A stretch of DNA of 64,000 nt from positions 71,238,001 through 71,302,000 of the forward strand of contig NC_042999.1 in NCBI RefSeq assembly GCF_006345805.1, read 5' to 3'. Below are positions 41,901 through 54,381 of this stretch, one piece after another. The DNA is from Octopus sinensis. Lineage: Eukaryota. The notes below the pieces were generated by a model, which was not told the DNA's origin, did no database searches, and was given only the letters and a program-made list of their open reading frames with translations. A program made the position numbers and the translations under genes. The first letter of the stretch is position 1. Each line of letters begins with the position of its first letter.

Positions 41901-42596
41901 TTAAAAAATGACTTTATTTTTCATGCCTGAAGCAAACACTTTGCATATATTTCATGACTGCTTCATTCAAAGAATTACCAATAGACATGAAACAAAAATC
42001 ATAGACAAGTAGCGAAGAGAATATACCAATAACATATAATCATTATCACCATCGTTGTCGCTGTCGTCGTCATCGTCGTCGTCAACACTGTCGTCGCCGC
42101 CGTAGTGGTCGTCATTATCATCATCATCATCATGGTCATGTTTTCTGTGCTCACAAGTTGAAAACAATGGATCGCCATATCAGACTTTCTTGTACCGTCC
42201 TTAAACATTATTCAATATTATGCCTGTCCAATTTTTTATATTGTCCCTCCGCATTATTCTTCATTTACCCATCTCTCTCTTTCTCTCTTTTCTTTCATTT
42301 CACCTTTTCTTCACAGTGTCTGTAACACATAACATCATTTTTTTTTAATTAAGTGTCCTAAGTATCATAGTTCTTTTTTCTCTTTGTTGGTGCCTAATAA
42401 AATTTCTTACTTTCCGCTGTTGCAAGTACTTCATCATCGCTTTTATGTCTTGTCCATGAAATTCTCAAAAGTTTTCTCTATGCCCACGTTTCAAAGACTT
42501 GCAATCTATTCGGTAGTACTTATTCTAATTTAACTCTACAACTCCATATATAAATGTATTAGAAAATACGATTGTATCTACACACACCACACACAG

Positions 42597-42643
<47 letters not shown>

Positions 42644-42806
42644 CGCACACAGACGCATATATGCGCGTACACAGATCTATACACATATGTGTGTTTGTAT
42701 GCAAATGAACATATACATATATGCGATAGAAGCAGATACATATGTAAATATGTGTGTGCATGTATATATATATTTGTGTATGTTTATATATATATATATA
42801 TATATA

Positions 42807-44050
42807 TCAGGTCATCCCATAAGTTCTGTCCGAATTTTGAATAAAGAAAACAAGTGATCAGATGTTATATTTAATTGAAATTTAATCATCAACGTACTTT
42901 CCTTGATTATTTGACTTCCTTCCATCTATTTACAAGCTTTTTTAATCCAATCAATGTAAAACTCTTTTTGTTTCAAAGTGAAGAACTCTGAAATGTCAGT
43001 TTCGACCTCCTCCTAACTTGCGAAAGTTATGTCCCCCAAATAGTTCTGTAAACTACGAAGCAAATGGTAGTCTGAAGGAGCAAGGTCGGGACAATAAATT
43101 GGATGATATGATCTTTGCATTGTGGGGTCGCGCATCGTCCTGCTGAAACATCACTCCTTTTCGGTTCACTAAAGCGGGACTTTTTCTTCAAAACTTGGTT
43201 CAAACGTTCTTATTGCTGAAAGTAGACTTCAGCATTGATTGCTGCATTAGGTGATAACAATTCAAGGTGAATTACTCCTTTGCAATCCAACCAGATAGAG
43301 AGAAGAACCCTTTTCCCATGAAGTTCCTTCTCCGTTTTTGTTGAATTTTTTTCCCTTTTACCAAGCCACTGTTTACGACATTTGACATTTCTATAGAAGA
43401 TCCATTTTTCGTCATCAGTCGCAAGTCTATCCAAAAAGGGTGAAATGAATTCACGAGAATGGAGAAAAGAGCAGATGTCATCTCGGGATTTGCGGTTGCT
43501 TTAGGACAATTCATGAGGCAGCCATTTTCCAAGTTTAGGAACCTTTCCAAGTTGTTGAAGATGACGATGAACAGTTGTATGGTTTGAACTAGGTTTTATT
43601 GCCACTTCTTCCACTGATAATGCAGGATTTTCTTCAAGTAATGCCTCAAGGAGCTTATCAAACTCAACTGGACGTCCTGTTCGATCTTCATCTTCAAGGC
43701 TGAAATCTCCACTTCTGAAATTTGCAAACCATCTTCTGCAAGTTCTTTCATTCAAGCATTCTTTTCCATAAACTGAGTGTATGTTTCGAGTCGCATCGGC
43801 TGCAGAGTTTCCGTCTTTGTACTCATATGCATTATGTGCCTGAAATGCTCTTTGGATACTTCCATGTTAGAAAGGGTTTTCATCAAAGAAATTTTAATTC
43901 TATTATTCTGTAAAATAATATTTAATTAGTTTAAATGTACACAAATACATAAAGATAATTTATGATTCCATTAGACATTCTAAAGTACTATTAAATTTCA
44001 TTCAATTTTAAAATAAGGTAAAATCGGACAGAACTTATGGGATGACCTGA
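42807..44050 (-). mobile_element. Full-length mariner transposon (dead)
   Basis: Perfect 27-bp TIRs tcaggtcatcccataagttctgtccga / tcggacagaacttatgggatgacctga, TA flanks, ~1.24 kb. Confidence 0.95.
42882..43865 (-). pseudogene. Mariner DD34D transposase pseudogene
   Basis: RRWFANFRSGDFSLED..GRP, GKWLPHELS, TDDEKWIFY, QQDDARPH, PDLAPSDYHL; several frameshifts. Confidence 0.92.
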
Positions 44051-44056
44051 TATATG

Positions 44057-44088
<32 letters not shown>

Positions 44089-44089
44089 A

Positions 44090-44171
<82 letters not shown>

Positions 44172-44189
44172 TACACATATACTTTCCTT

Positions 44190-44407
44190 TATTCCTTTAT
44201 TCTTTTACCCATTTCAGTCGTTTGACTGCAACCATGCTGGAGCTCCGCCATGAAGTGTTTTTGTCGAGGCAATTCGCCCCCAGGCCTTACTTGTAAGCCT
44301 AGTATTTATTCTATCGGCCGAACCGCAAATTTACGGGGACAAAAAACACACCATCACCGGTTGTCAAGCGATGATGGGGGATCAATATCAAGTACAAAGA
44401 CACCCCC

Positions 44408-44449
<42 letters not shown>

Positions 44450-44590
44450 GACGGTTTCCTTCAGTCTCCGTCTACCAAATTCATTCAAAAGCCACTGGTA
44501 TAGTAGCTATAGTAGAAGACACTTGCCCAAGGAGCCACGCAGTGGAACCGAACCTGGAACCATGTGGCTGGGAAGCATGCTTTTCACACA
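44190..44590 (-). mobile_element. tRNA-derived SINE (family of 48491-48897)
   Basis: Reverse-complement match to head, body and the ccagcatgg..cagtc..gactgaaa tail; central (TA)n. Confidence 0.85.
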
Positions 44591-45426
44591 CGCACACACA
44601 CACAAACACACACACATAAATTTATATCTCAAAGAGCCTATATATTAAGTCGTCTCACATGAAATGCATTTTAAATGGGTTTCTTATGAGTCATCTGCAA
44701 ATGGATTTTTAATGAGTTTCTATATGCTTGTGTTTACTTTAAAGATGACATATTCTTTGAAGATGGAATATATGCCTCAGGTGAGCGTTGGATGAAGGTC
44801 ATAAATGAACAAGGATCATATTTTGATTAAATAGATAAATATTCTAAAACTTAAAAAACAAGTTTAATGTTTCCTTTTTCAAATGCGCCATTTTCACACA
44901 GACAGAAGAGCTCATGAGCAGTCATTGGCCATCCAACAATATATGTACTTGTGCATGTATGCATGTATGTATGCGCGGGGAAGGGGAAATACGTGGGCTG
45001 GTATCCAGGCGCGCGGTAGGGCCACTGGGAGTGGAAGACCCCTATTGTTATCACAACATGTCTCTAGGAGAGGGAAACTCTGAGAGAAAACCTGGAACAC
45101 TGACAATATTCCATGATGTAGACAAGTTCTTTTCAAGTTTATGTTGTCCATGTTCAGAGAGTAGGATTAGATTTGTGCACATCCTTTCCCCACAATAAAA
45201 AAATCATCATGTACAGGCATCGCTTGGAAGAAGGTAAGACCTATCATAAAAATGGCTGGTCGAAGCCTTCGGATGTGTGGGACTTTCGATCAGACGGTAG
45301 CAATATTCGAACACGTGTTTTCTGTCATCATATATAAATATATATATATATGTGTGTGTGTATGTGTGTGTGTGTTTATATATTCGTTTTGCAAGATTCT
45401 TGACGTAAATTCGTGTGGTGAAACAG

Positions 45427-45700
45427 ATATTGTTGCATTTAGGGGTGCTCATGTTGCCAGTTTAGCCAAGGAAAACACACGCTTCACCTTTATTTCATAT
45501 TAATTGTATTTCGGCCAGGGTTCTTTCGTTGCACTTCTGTGCCCACATCAGTGGCCCTTTGCTTTCTGATGAGGTTACAGAAGTATGACGAAAGAACTCT
45601 GGCCGAAATATAATTGATATGAAATAAAGCTATTCAAGTGAACACCAAATATATACTGCGTGTGTTATTGGCTAAACTGGCGACATAAACATCTTCAAAT

Positions 45701-45710
<10 letters not shown>
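45427..45710. mobile_element. Inverted pair of hammerhead-like pseudo-LTR fragments
   Basis: 45427-45551 mirrors 45566-45710; each arm reads CTGATG(A/T)..acagaagt..cGAAAgaac.ctggccGAAAta. Confidence 0.65.
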
Positions 45711-45751
<41 letters not shown>

Positions 45752-45800
45752 ATATATATAATATATATATATGTGTGTGTGTGGTGTGTGTGTGTGTGTG

Positions 45801-45835
<35 letters not shown>

Positions 45836-46021
45836 GTTAAATGTTCGAAATGAGGAGTAGATAGATAGCCAACAATTGATGAAGGGTCCTTTCATTGTGT
45901 TTACTTGTCCTGTTTTCCATTGTTTCTCGTTGTTTACGTATTTCACTCGTTTCTCCCTCATTTGCGTACGTATTTCATGTTATTTGCACAGTTAGCGATG
46001 TCCCGTACTCATATATGGTTG

Positions 46022-46107
<86 letters not shown>

Positions 46108-46231
46108 TATATCTATTATTTAAATCTATTATTTAATTGAACGCGATGCGTCCATTTCCAAGTGTGTGTGTACATATATATATATATATATATATACATA
46201 AAAATAACTATACATATCTATATGTATGAAT

Positions 46232-46290
46232 TGCGGTGCCCCAGCATGGCCACAGCTCGTGAGCTGAAACTAGATAAAATAAAAATAAAT
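46232..46290 (+). mobile_element. Isolated 3' tip of the CR1/L2-type LINE
   Basis: gcggtgccccagcatggccacagctcgtgagctgaaactagataaaataaaaataaa. Confidence 0.75.
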
Positions 46291-46654
46291 AATATATATA
46301 TATATATCTTAAAATATATATATATATATATTTTAGAAATGGGGACGACCGGTTTATGAGTTTACCTTAGGTTTCCATAAAATGTTTAGCTTTGTGGCGT
46401 ATCATCAGATCTCAAGAACCTGTTGGCCCAAGACCTCTTAAAAATATGGAGGAGGAATGCTTCTCTACTCAACGTTAACAATTGGAGATTATCTCCCTTT
46501 GCAACCAGCTGTGCCGCCATCTTGTGAGCTCCAGAAGCTATCAAAAACCTCCTGAAATGTAAACATGGCCCGAAAATTTCTGTTCTGGAGTTAAGGATAT
46601 TCCCTGGTTTGAGAGTACTTTAGGATTCTCGCGCCTTCAGCTATGCATAACTTG

Positions 46655-47795
46655 TTAAAATGTGTATAATTGATATCTAGTAGATATGCCCTTTGCATTT
46701 TTCAATGCAAGGAACCTATTAGGCATGTTAGTATTCAGCTGACGAATGTTCTCTTGATGAATTTTTTGCCGAGTTACATGCAGTAATCTCAAAAGATTTG
46801 ACTTTGAGGATGCTTTCTTGTTCTTTTTATGAAGTGTCCTGTCCATTATGCCCAAGAGGTGTTCAGTAGGGTTCATATCTGGTGATTGGCTTGGCCACGG
46901 AAGCTTTTTAATGCCATTCTCTTCCAACACATCTGGGGTCATTTTAACTGTGTGACAAGGAGCCCCATCTTCCATAATAAAGAGTCTTCTTTAATCATTT
47001 CCCCAATTGAGAAGATTGGAAGGAATCCTTTCTGCAATGAAGATATATATTTATCTGAGTTTATGTTTCCCTCACGTTCCACCAGCTCTGATTGACCATT
47101 ACTCCAAATTGCCCCCCAGACCATCACAGAATGGCTGCCATGTTTCATTGTTGGCTACAGTCTTTGCATCTCAAATTCATGATCACAGAGTCTCCAGACC
47201 CACACTCGACCACTGTCAGAAAATACAGCAAATCTAGACTTATTGGAGAATATGACAGTATCCCTAATTGTTAGTGGTCTCTCCACCATCTCACTGGCCC
47301 TATCGTTTCTCCGCTTGATATAGGCTGGTCGAAGTAGTGGCTTACTTCTTGCTGCTCTGCCATAGTAACCAAGTTTGTAGAGATACCTGACAGTTGTTCT
47401 TGGACCGATACCAATTTGTTCTGCTGTATCAGAGGCCTTGCAGCGAGGATTATCCTCAACATTTCTCTTAACAAAGAGAAAGGTCGTGTCAGAGGGCCCT
47501 GGTTAATCTGGGTGAGTTGATTTGGACTCCTCTCCTCTCTGGTGAATGACACAATCACACTATTAATTGTAGAAAGCGGGATCCCAAGGTTTTCTGCAAT
47601 TTCAGAATAACCGTCAATACGACCTCTTTAAATTTCAGACAATTACAAAACTTCTTTTGTACTTGGCATAATTTAACAGTCACGTATAGCAGCCGAAAGA
47701 TAAAAATGTCAATTAATAAAAAATATAAAGATTTACAAGTTAGGATAAACATAAAACGATGTTTTATGGGTGTCTATTTACTTCTGCTATGTCTG
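46655..47795 (-). mobile_element. Tc1-like transposon remnant with transposase pseudogene; only one TIR seen
   Basis: [34 protein letters not shown] (DD34E motifs); CAG-starting end at ~47795. Confidence 0.88.
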
Positions 47796-47805
47796 TGTGT
47801 GCGTG

Positions 47806-47889
<84 letters not shown>

Positions 47890-48362
47890 GTGTGTGTGTG
47901 TTGGCATGAATACGTTAATATATATGTGTGTATTGTGAAAAGATCGTCAGAGGTCGTTGAGAAAGTAAGCTACTACATTTGGTTCAAGAAGGAGGTCGAG
48001 TGAGGATGGTAGAAACAGCTGACCCAGAGTCGCATCATCTGAGTCAACGCAGCTCGTGCTGTTGTGCTGTGTGTTGCCGCATACATCGGTGGGTGGCATT
48101 AGTCATACGATATAGTGTATATTTAAACACATAAGGAATCCACTTATAGGAATTCAACACGCTAGAAAGAACAGCTAGGTTCTATAGCCACAAAAATTAG
48201 GGATAAAATTCGACAGGAACGAATTGAAAAATGAAAAACAGTTTTACCATCTAGTTTCCTGGACTAATTGGTTTCTGATTTGACAAGGTTGTCCTTCCTT
48301 GGTTTTGTTTTCCTCTTCCTTTAATTTATACATGTGTGTGCGTGTGCATGTATGTGTGTATG

Positions 48363-48396
<34 letters not shown>

Positions 48397-48436
48397 TGTA
48401 TGTATGTATGTATGTATGTATGTATGTATGTATGTA

Positions 48437-48479
<43 letters not shown>

Positions 48480-48490
48480 ATATATTATAG

Positions 48491-48897
48491 GGACAGGAGA
48501 GGCTGTGTGGTAAGCAGCTTGCTTACCAACCACATGGTTCCGGGTTCAGTCCCACTGCGTGGCACCTTGGGCAAGTGTTATCTACTATAGCCTCGGACCT
48601 ACCAAAGCCTTGTGAGTGGATTTGGTAGACGGAAACTGAAAGAAGCCCGTCCTATATATGTATATATATGTATGTGTATGTGCATGTTTGCGTGTCTACG
48701 TTTGTCCCCCCAACATAGCTTGACAACCGATGCTGGTGTGTTTACGACCCCGTAACTTAGCGGTTCGGCAAAAGAAACCGATAGAATAAGTACTAGGCTT
48801 ACACAGAATAAGTCATGGGGTCGATTTGCTCGACTAAAGTCGTTGCTCCAGCATGGCCGCAGTCAAATGACTAAAACAAATAAAAGAATAAAAGAAT
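48491..48897 (+). mobile_element. Full-length tRNA-derived SINE with CORE-like segment, internal microsatellite and LINE-like tail
   Basis: A box ggctgtgtggtaag, B box gggttcagtccc, accttgggcaagtg, tail ctccagcatggccgcagtcaaatgactaaaacaaataaaagaataaaagaa. Confidence 0.9.
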
Positions 48898-48929
48898 ATG
48901 TATATACATATATATATATATATATATAT

Positions 48930-50685
48930 TCTTTTTGCTTGTTTCAGCTTAGAGCTGCGGCCATGCTAATGCACCGCCGTTTTGTACTACACTGTTATTA
49001 CGAAGAACCTCCTCTAATATGTGGCACTTGGTCAAGAATGGAGTTTGACATAGCTACTCTCATTTGCACCTCTTGCCGTGAGGTAGGTTCATCTGGGACT
49101 CTCGACAGGAAGATGTCCAGCTTTGATTTAAAAACTGCTACATCTACTTTGTGCAAGTTCCTCAGACTCTTTGGGAGAATATTAAAAAGCTGTAGGCCCT
49201 TTAAACCCAGGCTGTTGCAGAAGCTGGTCCTGAAGCGTGATGGCATTGCTGGGATCTTTGGCACTATGCAGTGTCGTCCCATTCTAGCATTGGTGTAGCT
49301 TACAATACCAAAATTTGGTACAATTCCTTCTAGGATCTTCCAGACATATATTTTTGCATACCTCTCCCGTCTTCTCTCTAGGGAGTAGAGTCTTAGCTGT
49401 TTCAACCTTTCCCAGTAGCTGAGTTGTTCCAAAGAGACGATCTTCTTTGTGAATCTTCTCTTGATTGCTTCAAGGTTCGCTGTTAATTTTACACTGGTGG
49501 GTGACCATAGCTGTGAGCAGTAATCCAGGCGGCTGAGGACGAATGTCCGCCAGAGGACCATCATGGTTTCCTTATCTCTGGTTCTGAATGTTCTTAGGAT
49601 CTAGCCAGCCAGTCGTCTGCACTTTGTCGCCATCCTGGTAATGTGCACTTGGAAAGAGGTATCATCACTCATGTCGATACTCAGGTCCCTCACAGACTTA
49701 GGCTCTGGGATTGAAATTCCCTGTGGCCCGGTGTATCCTGTAAGTTTAATATTCAGTTTTGGATGCTGATAGCGCAGGGCCTGGAATTTTTCAGCATTAA
49801 ACTGCATATTATTATCCTCAGCCCATCTGTAGATTGAGTCCAACTCCTGCTGCAGGTATGCAACATCACTGGGGTTCTGTATTTTCTGCGAGACTTTCGT
49901 ATCGTCTGCATAGCTTGCCAGAGTGGCTATCCGGGCATTTGAGGGTATATCTGAGAGGGCCAATATAAAAAGTAGTGGTCCCAAGACAGTGCCCTGTGGA
50001 ACACCGCTCACTATCTGTGTTCATAGAGGCGGCTCCATTAACCACTACTGTCTGACTCCTATCTTTCAGGAAGTCATGTAACCCCACTCCAAGTTTTCCA
50101 GCTATGTCGAGGTCACACAGTTTGTGGCATATCATACCATGATCCACCTTGTCAAAAGCTTTTACAAAATCAAGGTAGATTACGTCCACATTTGATTTGT
50201 TGAGTAACTGCTTCAACACCCAGTCATAATGTTGTAAGACCTGGGTCAGGCAGCTCCTACGTGGTCGAAAACTTTGCTGGCTATCACTCAGCAGGTAATT
50301 TTCCTGAAGGAATGCGATTAGTTTCTTTCTGACTATCCGTTCCATGACTTTGCTGATGTGTGAAGTCAGAGATAGGCCTATAATTTTTGGCATCTGCTCT
50401 ACTTCCCCCTTTATATATTGGGCATATTACTCCCTCCTTCAGCTTGCTTGGCAGTTTGCCATTCGTAAAAAAAGCTCTGGAAGAGAATCTTGAGGGGTTT
50501 TGCCAGGGCATGCTTACACGCTTTGAGGAGGATTGCTGGGAAACCATCTGGACCAGCAGTTGAGTTTGTGTCCACTTCTTTTATGGCTAGTAGGACGTCT
50601 TCTTCGCTAATGCCAATACATTCTACTGTAACCGCCTCGCTGGTTATAGGTGAGGTGGCAAAGAAGTCCACTGGTTCGTTCACAC
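48930..50685 (-). mobile_element. 5'-truncated CR1/L2-type LINE with RT pseudogene
   Basis: AGPDGFP, KNYRPIS, YLDFVKAFDKVDH, SGVPQGTVLGPLLF, YADDTK, SRLDYCSQLWSP, LYSLERRR; frameshifted. Confidence 0.95.
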
Positions 50686-50800
50686 ACACACACACACTCA
50701 CACACACACATATATATATATATATAATCTAATATAATAAGGGTGAAAAATTGAATATTAATTTGATTAATATCAATTTAAAACCAGTGGTCCAGCAGAT

Positions 50801-50831
<31 letters not shown>

Positions 50832-50894
50832 AAATTGATATTAATCAAATTAATATTCAATTTTTCATCCTTATTATTTTAATTATATATATAT

Positions 50895-50940
<46 letters not shown>

Positions 50941-50944
50941 GTAT

Positions 50945-50975
<31 letters not shown>

Positions 50976-50998
50976 TATATAACATATATATTATATAC

Positions 50999-51039
<41 letters not shown>

Positions 51040-51259
51040 TTAAAATAATAAGGATGAAAAATTGAATATTAATTTGATTAATATCAATTTACACACACAC
51101 ACACACACACACACCACCACACACATATATATATATATATAATCTGCTGGACCACTGGTTTTAAATGATATTAATCAAATTAATATTCAATTTTTCACCC
51201 TTATTATATTAGATTATATAGATATATATATATATATATATATAATATATATATATATA

Positions 51260-51298
<39 letters not shown>

Positions 51299-51380
51299 AG
51301 TGTGTGTGTGTACACACAACATATATATATGTGTGTGGTGGTGTGAACGAACCAGTGGACTTCTTTGCCACCTCACTATA
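50646..51380. repeat. Nested ~735-bp palindrome at the LINE 5' junction
   Basis: 50650-50685 is inverted at 51341-51376; block 50724-50800 is inverted at ~51140-51215; partial copies at 50831-50885 and 51043-51090. Confidence 0.85.
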
Positions 51381-51489
51381 TATATATGTATATGTATATA
51401 TATATGTACATATATATATGTACATATATATATGTACATATATATGTATGTACATATATATATATTTATATATATATTTATATATATAT

Positions 51490-52238
51490 TCTTTTATTTG
51501 TTTCAGTCATTTGACTGCGGCCATGCTGTAGCACCACTTTTAGTCGAACAAATCGACTCCAGGACTTATTCTTTGTAAGCATAGTACTTATTCTTATTTC
51601 TTTATTGCCCACAAAGGGCTAAACATAGAGCGGACAAAGAAGGACAGACAAAGGAATTAAGTCGATTACATCGATCCCAGTGCGTAACTGGTACTTAATT
51701 TATCGAGCCCGAAAGGATGAAAGGCAAAGTCGACCTCGGCGGAATTTGAACTCAGAATGTAACGGCAGACGAAATACCTGTTTCTTTACTACCCACAAGG
51801 GGCTAAACACAGAGAGGACAAAGAAGGACAGACAAAGGAATTAAGTCGATTACATCGATCCCAGTGCGTAACTGGTACTTAATTTATCGACTCCGAAAGG
51901 ATGAAAGGCAAAGTCGACCTCGGCGGAATTTGAACTCAAAACGTAACGGCAGACGAAATATCGCTAAGCATTTCGCCCGGCGTGCTTATTCTTTGTCCTT
52001 TTTGGTCGAACCGCTAGGTTACGGGGACGTGTACACACCAACATCGGTTGTCAAGCGATGGTTGGGGGAAACTAACACAGTCATACAAACATACACACAC
52101 ACACACTCACACACACATACATACGGCAGGCTTCTTTCAGTTTCCATCTACCAAACTCATTCCCAAGTCTTTGGTCGGCCCAAGGTGCCACTAAGTGGGA
52201 CTGAAGCCGGAACGATGTGGTTGGTAAGCAAGCTACTT
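51490..52238 (-). mobile_element. tRNA-derived SINE (family of 48491-48897), interrupted by a nested SINE and cut within its head
   Basis: Tail at 51490-51595, body and head at 51985-52238. Confidence 0.88.
51596..51984 (-). mobile_element. Nin/Deu-type SINE with ~183-bp tandem duplication and Tx1-like tail
   Basis: gagttcaaattcc B box and gtcgactttgcctttcatcctttcg..tcgataaattaagtacca, present twice; 9-bp TSD cttattctt at 51587-51595 and 51985-51993. Confidence 0.85.
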
Positions 52239-53088
52239 TATTTCATATGTATTTGCCATGAAGGCATTGCATCTTTATATTCCCACCCTCCTCTTTCATT
52301 CTCTCAAAAAGCTCGGAGAGCCTCTCCGTTTGTATTACGATATTTTCACACGATACAGCGGCTAGCCGCGAACTTTTTTGCTGCCTCATGCAGCTGGTTT
52401 AATTCTTGAATTATTTCGACCGACATATTCGTTCTAAATAAATTTATACACAATTTAATCCCAGAAAAAGGGAAACCTATCATTTTTTTACTTATTTTTC
52501 CCTCTCAACATGGACAACAGTTCAAATCCCACCCCCGCCGGGGGGCGAGACGTAACAACAAAGCCTAAAACGTTCGAAATTAATTAATTTTTGTTTTCTA
52601 CACAATAATAGAAATACAGATTTCTCCAAAACGGGAAACCTATAATATTTTTTTCTCACGAGAACAACAGTTCAAATCTCATCCCTGCTAGGGCGGTTAC
52701 CACAATAGAGCCTACAACGGCTGAAATTTAATTTTTCACACAATAATAAATTGATTATCCCCAAAAAGGGAAACCTATAATATTTTTTCCTCTTAATGAG
52801 GATAACAGTTCAAATCCCACCCCCGCTGGGTGGTGGTGGTGGGTTGGGGGGCACGACAATAAAGCCTACAACGGCCTTAATAAGTTTAATATCTCAACAA
52901 TTCACTACTGCAAAAATGGCTTTACACAAACATTTACTTTCTCCCGTCACCGGGAAAAAGCACAAAAATTTTCTAAGTTTCAAAGTTCGACAATGTTCAA
53001 CAGTTCGAAAATATTCAACAATAAACATTCAACAATTCCAACATAAAAATTATCCAACGTTCAACAAAACACATCTATCCACGAGACA
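52239..53088 (-). mobile_element. Non-coding insert with three ~130-160-bp internal repeats, probably a Tx1-type 3' UTR
   Basis: gggaaacctat..aacagttcaaatc..agccta units near 52470, 52632 and 52768; shares a 30-nt end with 53105-53148. Confidence 0.55.
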
Positions 53089-53104
53089 GGTAAGCAAGCT
53101 ACTT

Positions 53105-53910
53105 TATTTCATATGTATTTGCCATGAAGTATTTGCCATGAAGGCATTACAAAGAGGGGACGAATAAGGACAACAAACATAAAAGGGTGAAGTAGCTGTA
53201 GCGATTAAATATTTACAATTTAAAAATACAATAATTTAAGAATATATTTATAATTTTCGACTTAAGCGTTGCTCATTACAAATGAAATTTGTAATGGCTT
53301 CTCTGAAGGATAGGCATCCGACCACTAGGGTAGACCCCTTGCTTTTTCTTTCCTGTTTTTGGCTTCTACTTACCTGGTGCCAAACACCCCCAGCTTCCGC
53401 AGAAAAAGCAAACCTTCCTTTCCCTGTTAAGGGAAGGAGGCGGCACAATCTCGACGATAGATTCAGCTGATAGCTGCACTCTTTCCATCGATGACAACAG
53501 TTGCTCTGCGAAAACTATCAGTCTCGTTAATTCCGGACATTCCACAAATGCGTGCAAGACGGTTTCCCTGTCCTGCCCGCACCTCAGATATGTCGGCGAG
53601 ACAGCACTTCCGTGCCTTGACAGTTTAAAAGGAACAGGTAACGCCGCACGGATGCACTATGAAGCCAAGGATTTCTTGTAATTGTCCAGATACCCCAGCC
53701 CGAAAGTTCCCCGGAACACGTTGATTAACTGATTTTCATCGTAGCCCAGGGTCTCCCCAAGGCGTCTTCGGACTTAACCTCCACTAACTCACTATAGAAA
53801 TCCGCGGTGGAACTCCTAGTGCCGGCATTGCCCGCCCAGGAGAGTAGCTGAAATGCCTGGCGGCACTCCAATTGCCGTTCTCCCAGCCTAGGTCTCTGCT
53901 TGATCCAATT
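53105..53910 (-). mobile_element. Second-family L1/Tx1-type LINE 3' fragment
   Basis: ETVLHAFVECPELTRLIVFAEQLLSSMERVQLSAESIVEIVPPP is homologous to copies A/B; minus-strand end gaaataaa. Confidence 0.8.
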
Positions 53911-53997
53911 ACCAATGTCCGTTAAGGACGTTAATTGCAGAAGGTAGAACCGAACATGCGGTGACCATTATTCTTCCATCAGAAAGTGCGGTGACCA

Positions 53998-54374
53998 TTA
54001 TTCTTCCATCAGAATAATGCTCGGTCACATACAGCGAGAATGACATTCTAAAGGCTGGAGCAGTTTTAATGTGAAACGAATCCTCACTCACCATATTCAC
54101 TGCTCTATCTGATTATCATTTATTCCGCAGTCTTCAAAGTCATTAGAACAGAAAAAAAAATGAATTCTGTAGACGAGGTCCGAACAGTACTGGAGGAGTA
54201 TTTTTTTTCATGGATAAGTGAATTTTGGAAGAGGGGTCTTGCAAGTCTACCAGACAGATGGAAGAGCATTGTAGAAAATGAAGGAGTGTATATTTTAGAT
54301 TAAAAAAGAACTTTATCTTGATTTTGAAAAGTAAAAGAAGTATAAAAAACCGTTTTATTTATTGGATGACTCAA
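53998..54374 (+). mobile_element. Mariner 3' fragment with right TIR
   Basis: FFHQNNARSHT, PHSPYS, SDYHLFRSLQ, FWKRGLASLPDRWKSIVENEGVYILD*; end ..ggatgactcaa-TA. Confidence 0.85.
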
Positions 54375-54381
54375 TATATAT

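Noticed and set aside
44860-45330. GC-richer patch as exon or ribozyme
   Set aside because: No consistent ORF, splice signals or complete hammerhead; probably an unclassified repeat fragment.
53957-54014. ~30-bp direct repeat as a TSD
   Set aside because: The copies are adjacent with nothing between them; a simple tandem duplication at the mariner breakpoint.
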